From NCBI GenBank assembly GCA_009702945.1, contig WLGZ01000001.1:1-24825 (forward strand): DNA of 24,825 nucleotides. The letters are read 5' to 3'. Both the position numbers and the translations under genes were made by a program. The DNA comes from Actinomycetota bacterium (GTDB lineage Bacteria; Actinomycetota; Actinomycetes; S36-B12; UBA5976). Shown one piece after another: positions 15,989 to 24,825 of the stretch; the stretch's first letter is position 1; every line of letters begins with the position of its first letter. Under the pieces are notes generated by a model, which saw nothing but the letters and a program-made list of their open reading frames with translations, was not told the DNA's origin and ran no database searches.

Positions 15989-17046
15989 TAGGCAAGACCT
16001 AAGGCTGCTGCGGCGGCTTTTACGTCAACTGGAACCACGACTGGATCCTTGGCACTTTCCAATGCCCACTGGGTATCTTTCAAACCATTACCTGTAACTG
16101 TGCAAACGATTGTTGATCCCGCATCAACTAATCCACGTTGAGCCTGCTGGATCAAACCTGCTACTGATGCCGCACTTGATGGCTCAACAAAGAATCCTTC
16201 TTTATCTGCCAGTACTCGATAAGCAGCCAAAATTTGATCATCAGTAACCGCGTCAATTAGGCCACCGGAGTCATCACGTGCTTCAACTGCCAAATCCCAT
16301 GACGCTGGCTTACCAATTCGAATTGCAGTTGCAATTGTTTCTGGCTTTTCGATTGGATGACCTGCAACAAACGGCGCTGCGCCTGCCGCCTGGAACCCCC
16401 ACATGACTGGACGTTGCGTTGAAACTTTGTCGTGGTAGTACTCGGTAAAGCCCATCCAATAGGCAGAGATGTTTCCAGCATTGCCAACTGGCAGGCAGTG
16501 AATATCTGGGGCATCGCCAAGGGCATCAACAATTTCAAAGGCGGCAGTTTTTTGGCCTTGTAGTCGAGTTGGGTTAACTGAGTTAACAAGCGCAATCGGA
16601 TAGTTCTCGGCTAAGTCACGTGCAATGTCCAAGCAATCATCGAAGTTGCCATCAACCTGCAAAATAGTTGCGCCATGAATTACGGCTTGAGCTAATTTGC
16701 CCATGGCAATCTTGCCTTGCGGAACTAGAACCGCACTTTTCATTCCGGCTTTAGTTGCATATGCCGCTGCTGAGGCGCTGGTGTTTCCAGTTGATGCGCA
16801 AACCACAGCTTTGGCGCCATTGCGCGCCGCATCAGTAATTGCCATTGTCATGCCGCGATCTTTAAACGAACCGGTTGGGTTCATGCCTTCGACTTTTAGG
16901 TAAACCTTGGCGCCCGTTAGTTCGGAAAGAGTGCATGCATAAACAAGTGGAGTTCCACCTTCACCCAAAGAAATAACGATGTCATTTGGGGCGATCGGTA
17001 ATCTGTCACGATATTCCTCAATGACACCGCGCCAAATATGGGCCAT
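15988..17046 (-). CDS. thrC: Threonine synthase
   Basis: [19 protein letters not shown] (PLP Lys), [25 protein letters not shown]; lies between hom and thrB. Confidence 0.97.
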   Translation of the reverse strand: MAHIWRGVIEEYRDRLPIAPNDIVISLGEGGTPLVYACTLSELTGAKVYLKVEGMNPTGSFKDRGMTMAITDAARNGAKAVVCASTGNTSASAAAYATKAGMKSAVLVPQGKIAMGKLAQAVIHGATILQVDGNFDDCLDIARDLAENYPIALVNSVNPTRLQGQKTAAFEIVDALGDAPDIHCLPVGNAGNISAYWMGFTEYYHDKVSTQRPVMWGFQAAGAAPFVAGHPIEKPETIATAIRIGKPASWDLAVEARDDSGGLIDAVTDDQILAAYRVLADKEGFFVEPSSAASVAGLIQQAQRGLVDAGSTIVCTVTGNGLKDTQWALESAKDPVVVPVDVKAAAAALGLA

Positions 17047-17048
17047 AA

Positions 17049-18338
17049 CTATGCGCCCGCACCTTCAACACGCATAACACCTAGAACTTCGCGAACTGCA
17101 GTCATACTTTCTAAGGCTTCAACAGTTGCCCGCAAGCGACTCTCTGGTGCTTCGTGAGTTCTGATAATCAAACTCGCGGCATCGCCTTCACCGTCTTGGC
17201 GAACTGCCTGGATTGAAACATCATGCTTGGCGAATTCATTCGAAATTGCAGCCAGCACGCCTGATTCATCCGAAACCTTGAGATTCAAATAGTAGGAAGT
17301 CTTAGCCTCGCCAATTGAACGCACTTCAAGGTCTGCGTAAATACTTTGCGCCGGACCAACTGAACCGGTGATTCGGTGGCGAGCAGCGGCCACAACGTCA
17401 CCGACGACGGAGCTGGCTGTTGGTGCGCCACCGGCGCCACGACCGTAGAACATAACTTGACCGGCAGCATCAGCTTCCACGAATACGGCATTGAATGCAT
17501 CGCGAACACTTGCCAATGGATGCGTTACCGGAATCATTGCTGGATGAACGCGAACGATTACACCCTTGTCATCGTCAGTTAGTTCTGCGATAGCAAGCAA
17601 CTTAATTACATAGCCAAGTGACTTAGCTGCTGCGATGTCATCGGCAGTAACTTTTGTCATGCCTTCGCGGTAAACATCATCTGAAGTCACGTTGGTGTGG
17701 AATGCCAGGCCAGCAAGAATTGCAGCTTTAGCCGCGCTGTCGAAACCTTCAACATCTGCAGTTGGATCGGCTTCGGCGTAACCCAAGTCTTGAGCTTCTT
17801 TTAGTACAACTGAATAGTCAGCGCCATCGTTATACATTTTCGACAAAATGAAGTTTGTAGTGCCATTAACGATTCCAAGAATCTTTGTAACTTTGTCGCC
17901 AGCTAAAGATTCACGTAATGGGCGAAGCAATGGAATCGCGCCAGCTACAGCTGCTTCGTAGTAAAGATCAACGCCAGCTTCTTCTGCCAATTTATGAAGG
18001 TGAGCGCCGTGGGCGGCAAGTAAAGCTTTGTTTGCAGTAACAATGGATGAACCATTTGCGATTGCAGATTCAATTAATGTTTTAGCAGGTTCAATTCCAC
18101 CGATAACTTCGATCACAATGTCTGCGCCGGATGCCGCAAGCCCTGCAGCATCTTCGGTAAGAAGTTTGGAATCAACACCTGGGCGTGGTTTCGAGGCATC
18201 ACGAACTGCGATTCCAGTTAATTTGAGTTCCCGACCAATTCGGGCCGTTAAATCGTCAGCGCTTTCGGAGATAAGTTGGGCAACCGATGCGCCCACAGTT
18301 CCGCCACCAAGTAATGCAACAGTTAGCGGGGAACTCAT
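17049..18338 (-). CDS. hom: Homoserine dehydrogenase with C-terminal ACT domain (start refined to ATG 18338)
   Basis: [62 protein letters not shown] before ATG 18338. Confidence 0.97.
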   Translation of the reverse strand: MSSPLTVALLGGGTVGASVAQLISESADDLTARIGRELKLTGIAVRDASKPRPGVDSKLLTEDAAGLAASGADIVIEVIGGIEPAKTLIESAIANGSSIVTANKALLAAHGAHLHKLAEEAGVDLYYEAAVAGAIPLLRPLRESLAGDKVTKILGIVNGTTNFILSKMYNDGADYSVVLKEAQDLGYAEADPTADVEGFDSAAKAAILAGLAFHTNVTSDDVYREGMTKVTADDIAAAKSLGYVIKLLAIAELTDDDKGVIVRVHPAMIPVTHPLASVRDAFNAVFVEADAAGQVMFYGRGAGGAPTASSVVGDVVAAARHRITGSVGPAQSIYADLEVRSIGEAKTSYYLNLKVSDESGVLAAISNEFAKHDVSIQAVRQDGEGDAASLIIRTHEAPESRLRATVEALESMTAVREVLGVMRVEGAGA

Positions 18339-18425
18339 GTTTTTCTCCTTATTTACTTCTGGTATCAATTGCTGTTATTAATACTGTGCAGAAACCAAGA
18401 AAATCCCGTACTCCTGCGTGCTCTA

Positions 18426-18455
18426 AGTCTGGCAGAAACCCTTGAAACAAGCCAA
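18426..18455 (-). promoter_or_regulatory. Putative hom promoter (TTGGCT-18 bp-CAGACT with TG extension)
   Basis: -10 at 18431-18426, -35 at 18455-18450; same architecture as the rpmE promoter. A promoter here is plausible because an antisense gene separates hom from lysA. Confidence 0.4.
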
Positions 18456-18520
18456 AAGAAGCAGTTAAGGGCGCATAATCGAATAGGGTTTAGTCAAGAA
18501 TTCGAAAAACGGGGTAATAA

Positions 18521-19567
18521 ATGAGAAATACAAAGTCTTTACGAGTGCTGTCCAAAGTCCTAATAGTTCTGGGCACTTTTGCCCTAACTCTCGGAGCTTT
18601 TGCTGGAATCGTAAACAATAATCTGCTCAATGGTCCGAAGTTAGCTGACCATATTGAGAGCATTCGCCAGGACCCGGCCGTAATCGCCAAAATGAGTGTC
18701 CAGTTGACTGATGTGTTAATCGAGAAGGCGCCAAATGCCGCCCCGTTTCGCCCGGTCATCGAGAATGCTGCTGCCAAGATTCTTTCTAGCGATGCCCTCT
18801 CCGAACCAATTCGTGGCGCTGCCGTTCAATTGCGTGATGCATTTGTAAAGGGTCAAGCGCTAAAACTTGAATTTACTGAGACAGCAAACGTTGCAATTGA
18901 AAAAGTAAACATGTTTGCGCCGCAACTTGGGATCGAACCGATTGCTGCGTTAAGTCTTGAGCCACCAGCTGGCAGCATTTTGGCAACTATTAATACGCTG
19001 CAAAAGGTATTGAAGATTTCTGACACGTTATCTATGGCCTTGCCGATTGCAGCCGCAGTTATGTTCATTGCAGTTATCTTGCTTGCACCATATCGTCGTC
19101 AAGGTGCGCAGCGAGTTGCTAAGTCAGTAATGATTTCAGGTGGCATCCTTGCCGGAATCAGTGGTGCGATTTGGATTGCAACGAACATCTTCGGTCGCGA
19201 TCCTGATATCGGAATCTACCTAATTGCTTCATGGAATCAATTTGATGCTGCTTTCTGGATCCCAGCTGCGATCTTGATCGTGGCGGGTGGCATGGCTTAC
19301 ACCTTGCTAGGCGGAGTTTTACCTGACGTTGATGTACCAAGCGAAGTTGCGAAAACTTGGAAAAAGATTTGGGCACGACCAGCAAATGTTTGGATTTCAT
19401 TTGCTCGGGCCATCATTTTCGTAGCGCTAGGTGCGTTCATAGTAATGAATACTCAAGTTGCGTTGCGTGGCTTGCTGTTCATAGCTTCGGCATTAATGAT
19501 TGCAACTGCAATTTTCGAATTCAATCGACTACTAGTTAGGTCGATTGAAAAAGAAAAGGCTAGTTAA
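18521..19567 (+). CDS. Hypothetical polytopic membrane protein (one N-terminal TM, ~135-aa soluble domain, ~5 C-terminal TMs)
   Basis: 348-aa ORF fills the gap between hom and lysA with a clear hydrophobicity pattern; no catalytic motif recognised. Confidence 0.75.
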   Translation: MRNTKSLRVLSKVLIVLGTFALTLGAFAGIVNNNLLNGPKLADHIESIRQDPAVIAKMSVQLTDVLIEKAPNAAPFRPVIENAAAKILSSDALSEPIRGAAVQLRDAFVKGQALKLEFTETANVAIEKVNMFAPQLGIEPIAALSLEPPAGSILATINTLQKVLKISDTLSMALPIAAAVMFIAVILLAPYRRQGAQRVAKSVMISGGILAGISGAIWIATNIFGRDPDIGIYLIASWNQFDAAFWIPAAILIVAGGMAYTLLGGVLPDVDVPSEVAKTWKKIWARPANVWISFARAIIFVALGAFIVMNTQVALRGLLFIASALMIATAIFEFNRLLVRSIEKEKAS

Positions 19568-20900
19568 CTCCAGCATCGAAGATCATTAAATCTTCGATTG
19601 TTTCTCTGCGCAGAAGTACTTGGGATTTACCAGCGGCAACACTTACGGCTGCTGGGCGTGGGATGTGGTTGTAATTGCTTGCCATCGATCGGCAATAAGC
19701 CCCAGTAGCTGCAACGGCAATCAAGTCCCCTGGTCGAGTGTCAGCTGGTAATTCAATGTCGCGGACAACGATGTCACCGCTTTCGCAATGCTTGCCAACA
19801 ACACGAGATAAAACCTTTTTGGCATCGGAATCACGATTTGCAATAACAGCGGTGTACTCAGCGTCATAAAGAGCAGTTCGAATGTTGTCGCTCATGCCAC
19901 CATCTACAGAAATGTAATGGCGAGTAGTTCCACTATCTAATTCAACAGGCTTAACGGTTCCAACTTCATAAAGCGTGATGCCAGGATTGCCAATAATTGC
20001 GCGGCCTGGTTCAACGCTGATTTTTGGAACTGAAATCTTTACTCGAGCACATTCCGTGCGAACGATGTCCAAAATTGATTTAGCCATTGCAGTGACATTA
20101 AGCGGGTCATCACCATCTACATATGCAATGCCCATGCCGCCACCAACATCTAGTTCGCTAACTGAAATACCATGGCGCTCTTTGATTTGAACTGCGAAGT
20201 CGACAACTCGATGAGTGGCTAATTCAAAACCTGTGGCATCGAATATTTGAGATCCAATGTGCGAGTGAAGTCCGGCTAGTGATAGTGCATCACATTCCAA
20301 AACGTTGTCTACTGCAGCCATTGCCATTCCAGAGGCAGTTGAGAGTCCAAACTTTTGATCTTCATGAGCTGTTGAGATCGCTTCGTGAGTATGGGCCTCA
20401 ACACCAACAGTTAGGCGTAGTAAAACCTGCTGAACGATTCCAGCCGAGGCGGCAACTGCATTTAAGCGTTCAATTTCAATCAAGCTGTCAATGACTACTC
20501 GGCCAACGCCAACTTCAACGGCTCGCTCTAAGTCCTTAACGCTCTTGTTGTTGCCGTGCATAACTATCTGTGTTGGGTCAATGCCAGCGCGAAGTGCAAC
20601 TTCTAATTCCCCAGCACTTGCGACATCAATTCCAAGGCCTTCTTGATTTACCCACTGGGCAACTTTTGTTGTTATGAAAGCCTTGCCGGCATAGTGAACG
20701 CTGGTTTCGATATCTGAAACAGTAAATGCAGCCAAATAGTCTCGGGCACGTTTACGAACATCTGCTTCGTCAAAAATATAAAGCGGAGTTCCATATTGTT
20801 TTGCCAGTTCAGTAACCGCTACATTACCGATTGAGATTTCTCCCTGGCTATTTCGGGTCGCAGATGCGGGCCATATCAATGGGTTTAAATCCGAAGCCAT
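19560..20900 (-). CDS. lysA: Diaminopimelate decarboxylase
   Basis: YGTPLYIFDE, HYAGKAF (PLP Lys), HGNNKS, HSHIGSQ, EPGRAI, GKHCESGD, TGAYCRSMASNYN. Confidence 0.98.
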   Translation of the reverse strand: MASDLNPLIWPASATRNSQGEISIGNVAVTELAKQYGTPLYIFDEADVRKRARDYLAAFTVSDIETSVHYAGKAFITTKVAQWVNQEGLGIDVASAGELEVALRAGIDPTQIVMHGNNKSVKDLERAVEVGVGRVVIDSLIEIERLNAVAASAGIVQQVLLRLTVGVEAHTHEAISTAHEDQKFGLSTASGMAMAAVDNVLECDALSLAGLHSHIGSQIFDATGFELATHRVVDFAVQIKERHGISVSELDVGGGMGIAYVDGDDPLNVTAMAKSILDIVRTECARVKISVPKISVEPGRAIIGNPGITLYEVGTVKPVELDSGTTRHYISVDGGMSDNIRTALYDAEYTAVIANRDSDAKKVLSRVVGKHCESGDIVVRDIELPADTRPGDLIAVAATGAYCRSMASNYNHIPRPAAVSVAAGKSQVLLRRETIEDLMIFDAGVN

Positions 20901-20902
20901 GG

Positions 20903-22588
20903 TTACATCCTGTCGGGTGCGCTAACACCCAGCAATTCAAGACCATTGAAAATCACTTGACGCGTTGCAGCGCATAGCCAAAGCCTTGCAATGTTTAGCT
21001 CAGTAACTGGTTCTTCACCTTGCGGCAAAACTCGGCAAGCAGCATAGAACGAGTGGTAACTCGTGGCTACTTCTTCGATGTATCGCGCAATTCGATGTGG
21101 CTCACGAAGTTCGGCTGCTGATGCAACTACGCGTGGGTAGTCAGCAAGTAGTCCAAGCAGAGCACCCTCACGATCATCCGTTAATTGCGATGGATCAAAT
21201 GTTGCCGGATCCCAATCTGAAGTATTCGCCGGGATCAATCCAAGTTCAGCAGCATTTCTAACAACCGATGCAATTCGGGCGTGTGCGTATTGCACGTAAT
21301 AAACCGGATTGTCGTTTGTACTGGACACCAATAGATCAAGATCCAGAACCAACGGAGATTCCACTGGATATCGAATCAATGAATAACGCGCAGCATCCAC
21401 ACCAACTTCATCTACAAGATCTTCAAGTGTGATGATATTGCCAGCGCGTTTTGAAAGTCGAACTTCTTCGCCATTCTTGAGCATCTTTACCATTTGCCCA
21501 ATCAGGAGCTGAATATTTACATCTGGATTATCTCCAGCACAAGCTGCAACTGCGCGAAGTCGGTTCACATACCCATGGTGGTCGGCACCCAATAAATAGA
21601 TACATAGGTCGTAACCTCGATTGCGCTTATCTACATAATAGGCAGTATCGGATGCGAAGTAAGTTAATGCGCCATCAGCCTTGATTAGGACACGATCTTT
21701 ATCATCATCGAAATCACTGGTTCGAAGCCAAGTTGCGCCTTCTTCGACAAACATATGTCCCTGAGACTTTAGCTTCTCAAACCCGCGATTTACCGCGCCT
21801 GAAGTGTGAAGTGATTTTTCAGAAGTCCAAACATCAAAATGAGTATTGAAGTTATCTAGAACTCGCTTTTGATCCGCAAGCTGTAATGCATAGGCAGCAT
21901 CGCGAAACGCTTCGCTGCGCTGCGGTTCTGGTAATTCTGAAATTCCTGGATTTTGCGAAACCACTTGCTTAGCAAGCTCTGGAATGTAGGCGCCGTGATA
22001 ACCATCTTCTGGAATTGCTTCGCCTAATGCAGCAGCCTTTACCGAATTTCCAAATTTATCCATTTGAACGCCAAGGTCGTTAATGTAAAACTCGCGCGCA
22101 GATTCTGCGCCTTCAGCTTCAAGAACGCGGGCTATCGCATCACCGACTGCAGCCCAACGAGTATGACCTAAGTGGAGTGGCCCAGTTGGGTTCGCAGAAA
22201 TGAATTCCACATTGATCTTTTTGCCCACTAGCTGAGTGCCACGGCCAAAACTATTTCCTTTAGCAATGATGTCGCGCGCTAATTCGCCTTGACTTGCAGC
22301 ATCCAGCCGAATGTTTATAAATCCTGGGCCAGCAATTTCAACACCTTCAACTCCCGGAAGTTCTTGAAGGATTAGTTGCAGAATTTCTGCTGCTGCACGC
22401 GGATTTAACCCAGCTTTTTTACCCACTTGCATTGCGACATTGGTTGCCCAATCGCCATGATCCAAATTTTTTGGCCGTTCCACCACAATTTCAGCAGGGA
22501 TGTCCTCAGCAGATAAATTCAATTGACCGCTGGAAATTGCACTAAGCAAGGCGGCCCTAATGTGGCCAGCTAATTCCTGTGGGGTCAT
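20903..22588 (-). CDS. argS: Arginine--tRNA ligase
   Basis: EFISANPTGPLHLGH (HIGH), GADHHGY, RLSKRAG (KMSKS-like), NPVYYVQYAHAR, LGVSAPDRM. Confidence 0.99.
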   Translation of the reverse strand: MTPQELAGHIRAALLSAISSGQLNLSAEDIPAEIVVERPKNLDHGDWATNVAMQVGKKAGLNPRAAAEILQLILQELPGVEGVEIAGPGFINIRLDAASQGELARDIIAKGNSFGRGTQLVGKKINVEFISANPTGPLHLGHTRWAAVGDAIARVLEAEGAESAREFYINDLGVQMDKFGNSVKAAALGEAIPEDGYHGAYIPELAKQVVSQNPGISELPEPQRSEAFRDAAYALQLADQKRVLDNFNTHFDVWTSEKSLHTSGAVNRGFEKLKSQGHMFVEEGATWLRTSDFDDDKDRVLIKADGALTYFASDTAYYVDKRNRGYDLCIYLLGADHHGYVNRLRAVAACAGDNPDVNIQLLIGQMVKMLKNGEEVRLSKRAGNIITLEDLVDEVGVDAARYSLIRYPVESPLVLDLDLLVSSTNDNPVYYVQYAHARIASVVRNAAELGLIPANTSDWDPATFDPSQLTDDREGALLGLLADYPRVVASAAELREPHRIARYIEEVATSYHSFYAACRVLPQGEEPVTELNIARLWLCAATRQVIFNGLELLGVSAPDRM

Positions 22589-22596
22589 ACAAAGTA

Positions 22597-22602
22597 AGAC
22601 TA
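22597..22602 (-). promoter_or_regulatory. -10 element TAGTCT of argS (leaderless or very short leader)
   Basis: TAnnnT 8 nt upstream of ATG 22588; no SD. Confidence 0.45.
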
Positions 22603-22645
22603 GCGAAAGCCTTGCAAATTAAGGAAATCCCCCACCAATGAATGG

Positions 22646-23293
22646 CTAAGGTTTCTTGATGACCTGACTCACAACAGATACCGAATTCTCGCGATGAGCC
22701 GCCTGAAGCGCAATGGATTTTTCCACGTCTCTGGCCTTAAGGGCTGCCACCATAGTCCGGTGTTCTTGATTCATGTGGGCAAGATTTGCAGGTGCTGCGA
22801 AGTAAACCCCGCGGTAGGCATCAGTTGCATCCCACTGGTTCTTAATGAGTCTGACCAGCCGAGGCATGTTACTCGCTTCAAATAATGCGAAATGGAATCT
22901 GCGGTTTGCTGCAGTAACAGCTGATACGTCTTGTGACTTAGCCGCTGCTTCCACATCATTCAAGATGTCATCGAGGTACTCAATGTCCTCGTCGGTCAGT
23001 AGCGGAACGCCAACTCGAATTGCTTCATCTTCTAGCAAGGAGCGAATTCGATAAACCTCTACTAAATCTTCAACACTCAAGTCAGCGACAAAGTATCCGC
23101 GGTGTGGGTGATATGTGACTTGACCTTCACCTTCGAGAACTTTAAGAGCTTCCCGTAATGGAACTCGACTCACTCCAAGGCTGGCAGCTAATGAATCTTG
23201 AACAACTTGCTGACCAGGTTCAAGTTGCCCAGATGCAATTAGGACTCGAAGTTCGCGAAGCACACCTTCTTGGGCGGTTACGTTCTCGCTCAT
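22646..23293 (-). CDS. GntR-family regulator, FadR/VanR type with FCD domain
   Basis: HTH GVSRVPLREALKVLEGEG; FCD histidines in NRRFH, EH and AAH. ATGA overlap with the CoA-transferase stop. Confidence 0.92.
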   Translation of the reverse strand: MSENVTAQEGVLRELRVLIASGQLEPGQQVVQDSLAASLGVSRVPLREALKVLEGEGQVTYHPHRGYFVADLSVEDLVEVYRIRSLLEDEAIRVGVPLLTDEDIEYLDDILNDVEAAAKSQDVSAVTAANRRFHFALFEASNMPRLVRLIKNQWDATDAYRGVYFAAPANLAHMNQEHRTMVAALKARDVEKSIALQAAHRENSVSVVSQVIKKP

Positions 23294-24399
23294 GCTTCAT
23301 CCAAACTTGGTGGGGCTACCGCATATCGAACTGGAGTTTGAGAAAACGTAATAGGGTTTGCAACTTGCTTTCGTTCTTCGCCTTCTTGATTAATTGTGAT
23401 GATTGGATTTAGCTCCAAAGATTCAGCCAGTGCGAAGGCTTCGGAGATTGAATTGATTGGCCCACACGGCACTCCAGCATCAGAAAGCAACTTCCACCAA
23501 TAATCAGCGCCATTTCCCAGGAACTGTTTTACCAACAACTCATTTAGTTCGACTCGATTTGCAACTCGATCTGGGTTGGTTACAAATTTTGGATCACTTG
23601 CAATCGCTGGAATTCCCAGTTCTTGGCACAGCTTTGCAAACTGCCCATCGTTACCTACTGCAACGACAATGGGTCGATCTGAAGTTTGATAAACCTCGTA
23701 TGGGCTAATGGATGGGTGAGCATTGCCAAGAATTCCCGGTACAACATCACCAGAAACATAAGAGCTAGCCTGATTGACCATTGCCGATAGCAACGAGGAC
23801 AAAAGGTTAACTTCGATTTGTTGGCCTTCGCCCGTTACATTTCGATGATTCAACGCAGCCAGTAAACCGATGGTGGCATGCATTCCGGTAATAACGTCAA
23901 CAAGTGCAACACCAACTTTGGTTGGTTCGCCTGGCGCAGGGCCCGTAACACTCATCAAGCCACCCATGGCCTGAACCAATAAGTCATAACCTGGCATCGC
24001 TGCACCGACGCCAGAGCCAAATCCAGTAATTGAGCAGTAAATAACTTCTGGCTTTAACTTCTTTACCGCCTCGTAATCCAATCCAAACTTTTCACTATTG
24101 CTTGGTGGGAAGTTATGAATGACAATGTCAGCGCGCTTGATCAGTTCATGGGCTTCAGCTAAACCAGCTGGGTTTGTCATATCTATTGCAACGGATGTCT
24201 TGTTTCGATTTACCGACTCAAAATAAGTGGCCCGTCCAGCTGCGTCATAAGGCGGACCCCAGTGGCGAGTATCGTCACCGACCTCGGGGCGCTCGACTTT
24301 AACAACAGTTGCGCCCATGTCACCAAGCAACATAGTGGCGTATGGGCCAGCCAAAACTCGAGTGAAGTCGGCAACAACGATTCCGTCTAATGGGCCCAT
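23290..24399 (-). CDS. CaiB/BaiF family III CoA-transferase (start refined to ATG 24399)
   Basis: MGPLDGIVVADFTRVLAGP, LGDMGATVVKVE, GDDTR, NRNK, GYDLLVQAMGGLM motifs. Confidence 0.92.
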   Translation of the reverse strand: MGPLDGIVVADFTRVLAGPYATMLLGDMGATVVKVERPEVGDDTRHWGPPYDAAGRATYFESVNRNKTSVAIDMTNPAGLAEAHELIKRADIVIHNFPPSNSEKFGLDYEAVKKLKPEVIYCSITGFGSGVGAAMPGYDLLVQAMGGLMSVTGPAPGEPTKVGVALVDVITGMHATIGLLAALNHRNVTGEGQQIEVNLLSSLLSAMVNQASSYVSGDVVPGILGNAHPSISPYEVYQTSDRPIVVAVGNDGQFAKLCQELGIPAIASDPKFVTNPDRVANRVELNELLVKQFLGNGADYWWKLLSDAGVPCGPINSISEAFALAESLELNPIITINQEGEERKQVANPITFSQTPVRYAVAPPSLDEA

Positions 24400-24402
24400 A
24401 TG

Positions 24403-24420
24403 AAGATTGTATCCAATCTT
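24403..24420. promoter_or_regulatory. Palindromic operator AAGATTG-TATC-CAATCTT overlapping the -10 (TACAAT, 24411-24406, minus) of the leaderless CoA-transferase operon
   Basis: Perfect 7-bp inverted arms; the core TTGTATCCAA resembles GntR/FadR-type operators; the -10 lies 6 nt upstream of ATG 24399. Confidence 0.7.
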
Positions 24421-24450
24421 GTTGGGGAGATTTGATGGCAAAACTGTCAG

Positions 24451-24825
24451 CTAAAACTCTTTTAATTCAACCGTTCTGCCACGCTCGCCAGGTTGGTCTG
24501 GCGTCGCTGGTCGTCCCTTGGTGCGAACCGTGATTCGAGTTCGGTCCCCACGAAATAGATCATGTGAGTATTCAATCTTGCGACCTTTGGTATCCATAGT
24601 CGTTCGGGTGACGGCTAGCAGTGGTGCGCCGAGTGGAACTTCAAGGATTCTGGCTTCATCCAAAGTTGCATTCACTAAGTCGATCTGTTCAACCGCTTCA
24701 TCTGGCGTTGTCTCGTAGTGCTTACTTAACAATTCATATAAAGAGTTACCCAACGGGCGCTCCAACAACCCAGGGAAAAACTCTGCGGGAAATCTTGCAT
24801 GTTCTAACGAAATTGGAATGCTGTC
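24451..24825 (-). CDS. GntR-family (HutC/YvoA) regulator, UTRA domain, 5'-truncated by the window edge
   Basis: The frame is open to the window end (DSIPISLEHARFPAEFFPGLLE...). Motifs SLYELL, LEVPLGAPLLAVTR, EYSHDLFRGDR. Confidence 0.88.
   Translation of the reverse strand, partial: DSIPISLEHARFPAEFFPGLLERPLGNSLYELLSKHYETTPDEAVEQIDLVNATLDEARILEVPLGAPLLAVTRTTMDTKGRKIEYSHDLFRGDRTRITVRTKGRPATPDQPGERGRTVELKEF

Noticed and set aside
18339-18425. Threonine attenuator peptide, T-box or lysine riboswitch upstream of hom
   Set aside because: The leader is only ~80 nt, with no Thr/Ile-rich uORF (only TTG-VSAQY-stop), no T-box motif and no terminator.
22589-22645. tRNA-Arg often found near actinobacterial argS
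   Set aside because: The 57-bp spacer has no cloverleaf or T-loop GTTC motif.
24400-24441. ORF-track TTG start at 24441 for the CoA-transferase; similar extended starts at 5637, 10524 and 18368
   Set aside because: Downstream ATGs fit family N-termini and have SD or leaderless signals. The extensions run through promoter or leader sequence or overlap upstream genes.

Overview
Gene-dense window from an actinobacterial chromosome of roughly mid GC, compact in a way that suggests a streamlined lineage (lineage is inference). The backbone is the conserved minus-strand block argS-lysA-hom-thrC-thrB-rho-rpmE, broken twice. An antisense membrane-protein gene sits between lysA and hom. A ~13 kb accessory block sits between rho and rpmE. 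The core of that block (3115-13231, minus) is the main discovery candidate: a papain/phytochelatin-synthase-like Cys-His-Asp protein, a LIV-type ABC importer, an Ntn class II glutamine amidotransferase, a PA5508/PauA7-like gamma-glutamyl-amine ligase, a FluG/NodGS-type amidohydrolase, and a PLP enzyme carrying the diagnostic residues of alpha-amino-epsilon-caprolactam (amino-acid amide) racemase. Together these suggest an uptake and catabolic pathway for an amino-lactam or amino-acid amide that I cannot match to a characterised pathway. The rest of the block is an MpaA-like M14 peptidase, a DUF4389 protein and kynU. The right end holds a partial UTRA GntR gene and a CoA-transferase/GntR(FCD) operon with a palindromic operator over its -10. 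Five or six genes look leaderless. The rpmE and hom leaders share a 5' hairpin followed by an identical 13-nt tract. No tRNA, rRNA, CRISPR array or mobile element was recognised. All family assignments come from motif recognition and recalled sequences, not from database searches.
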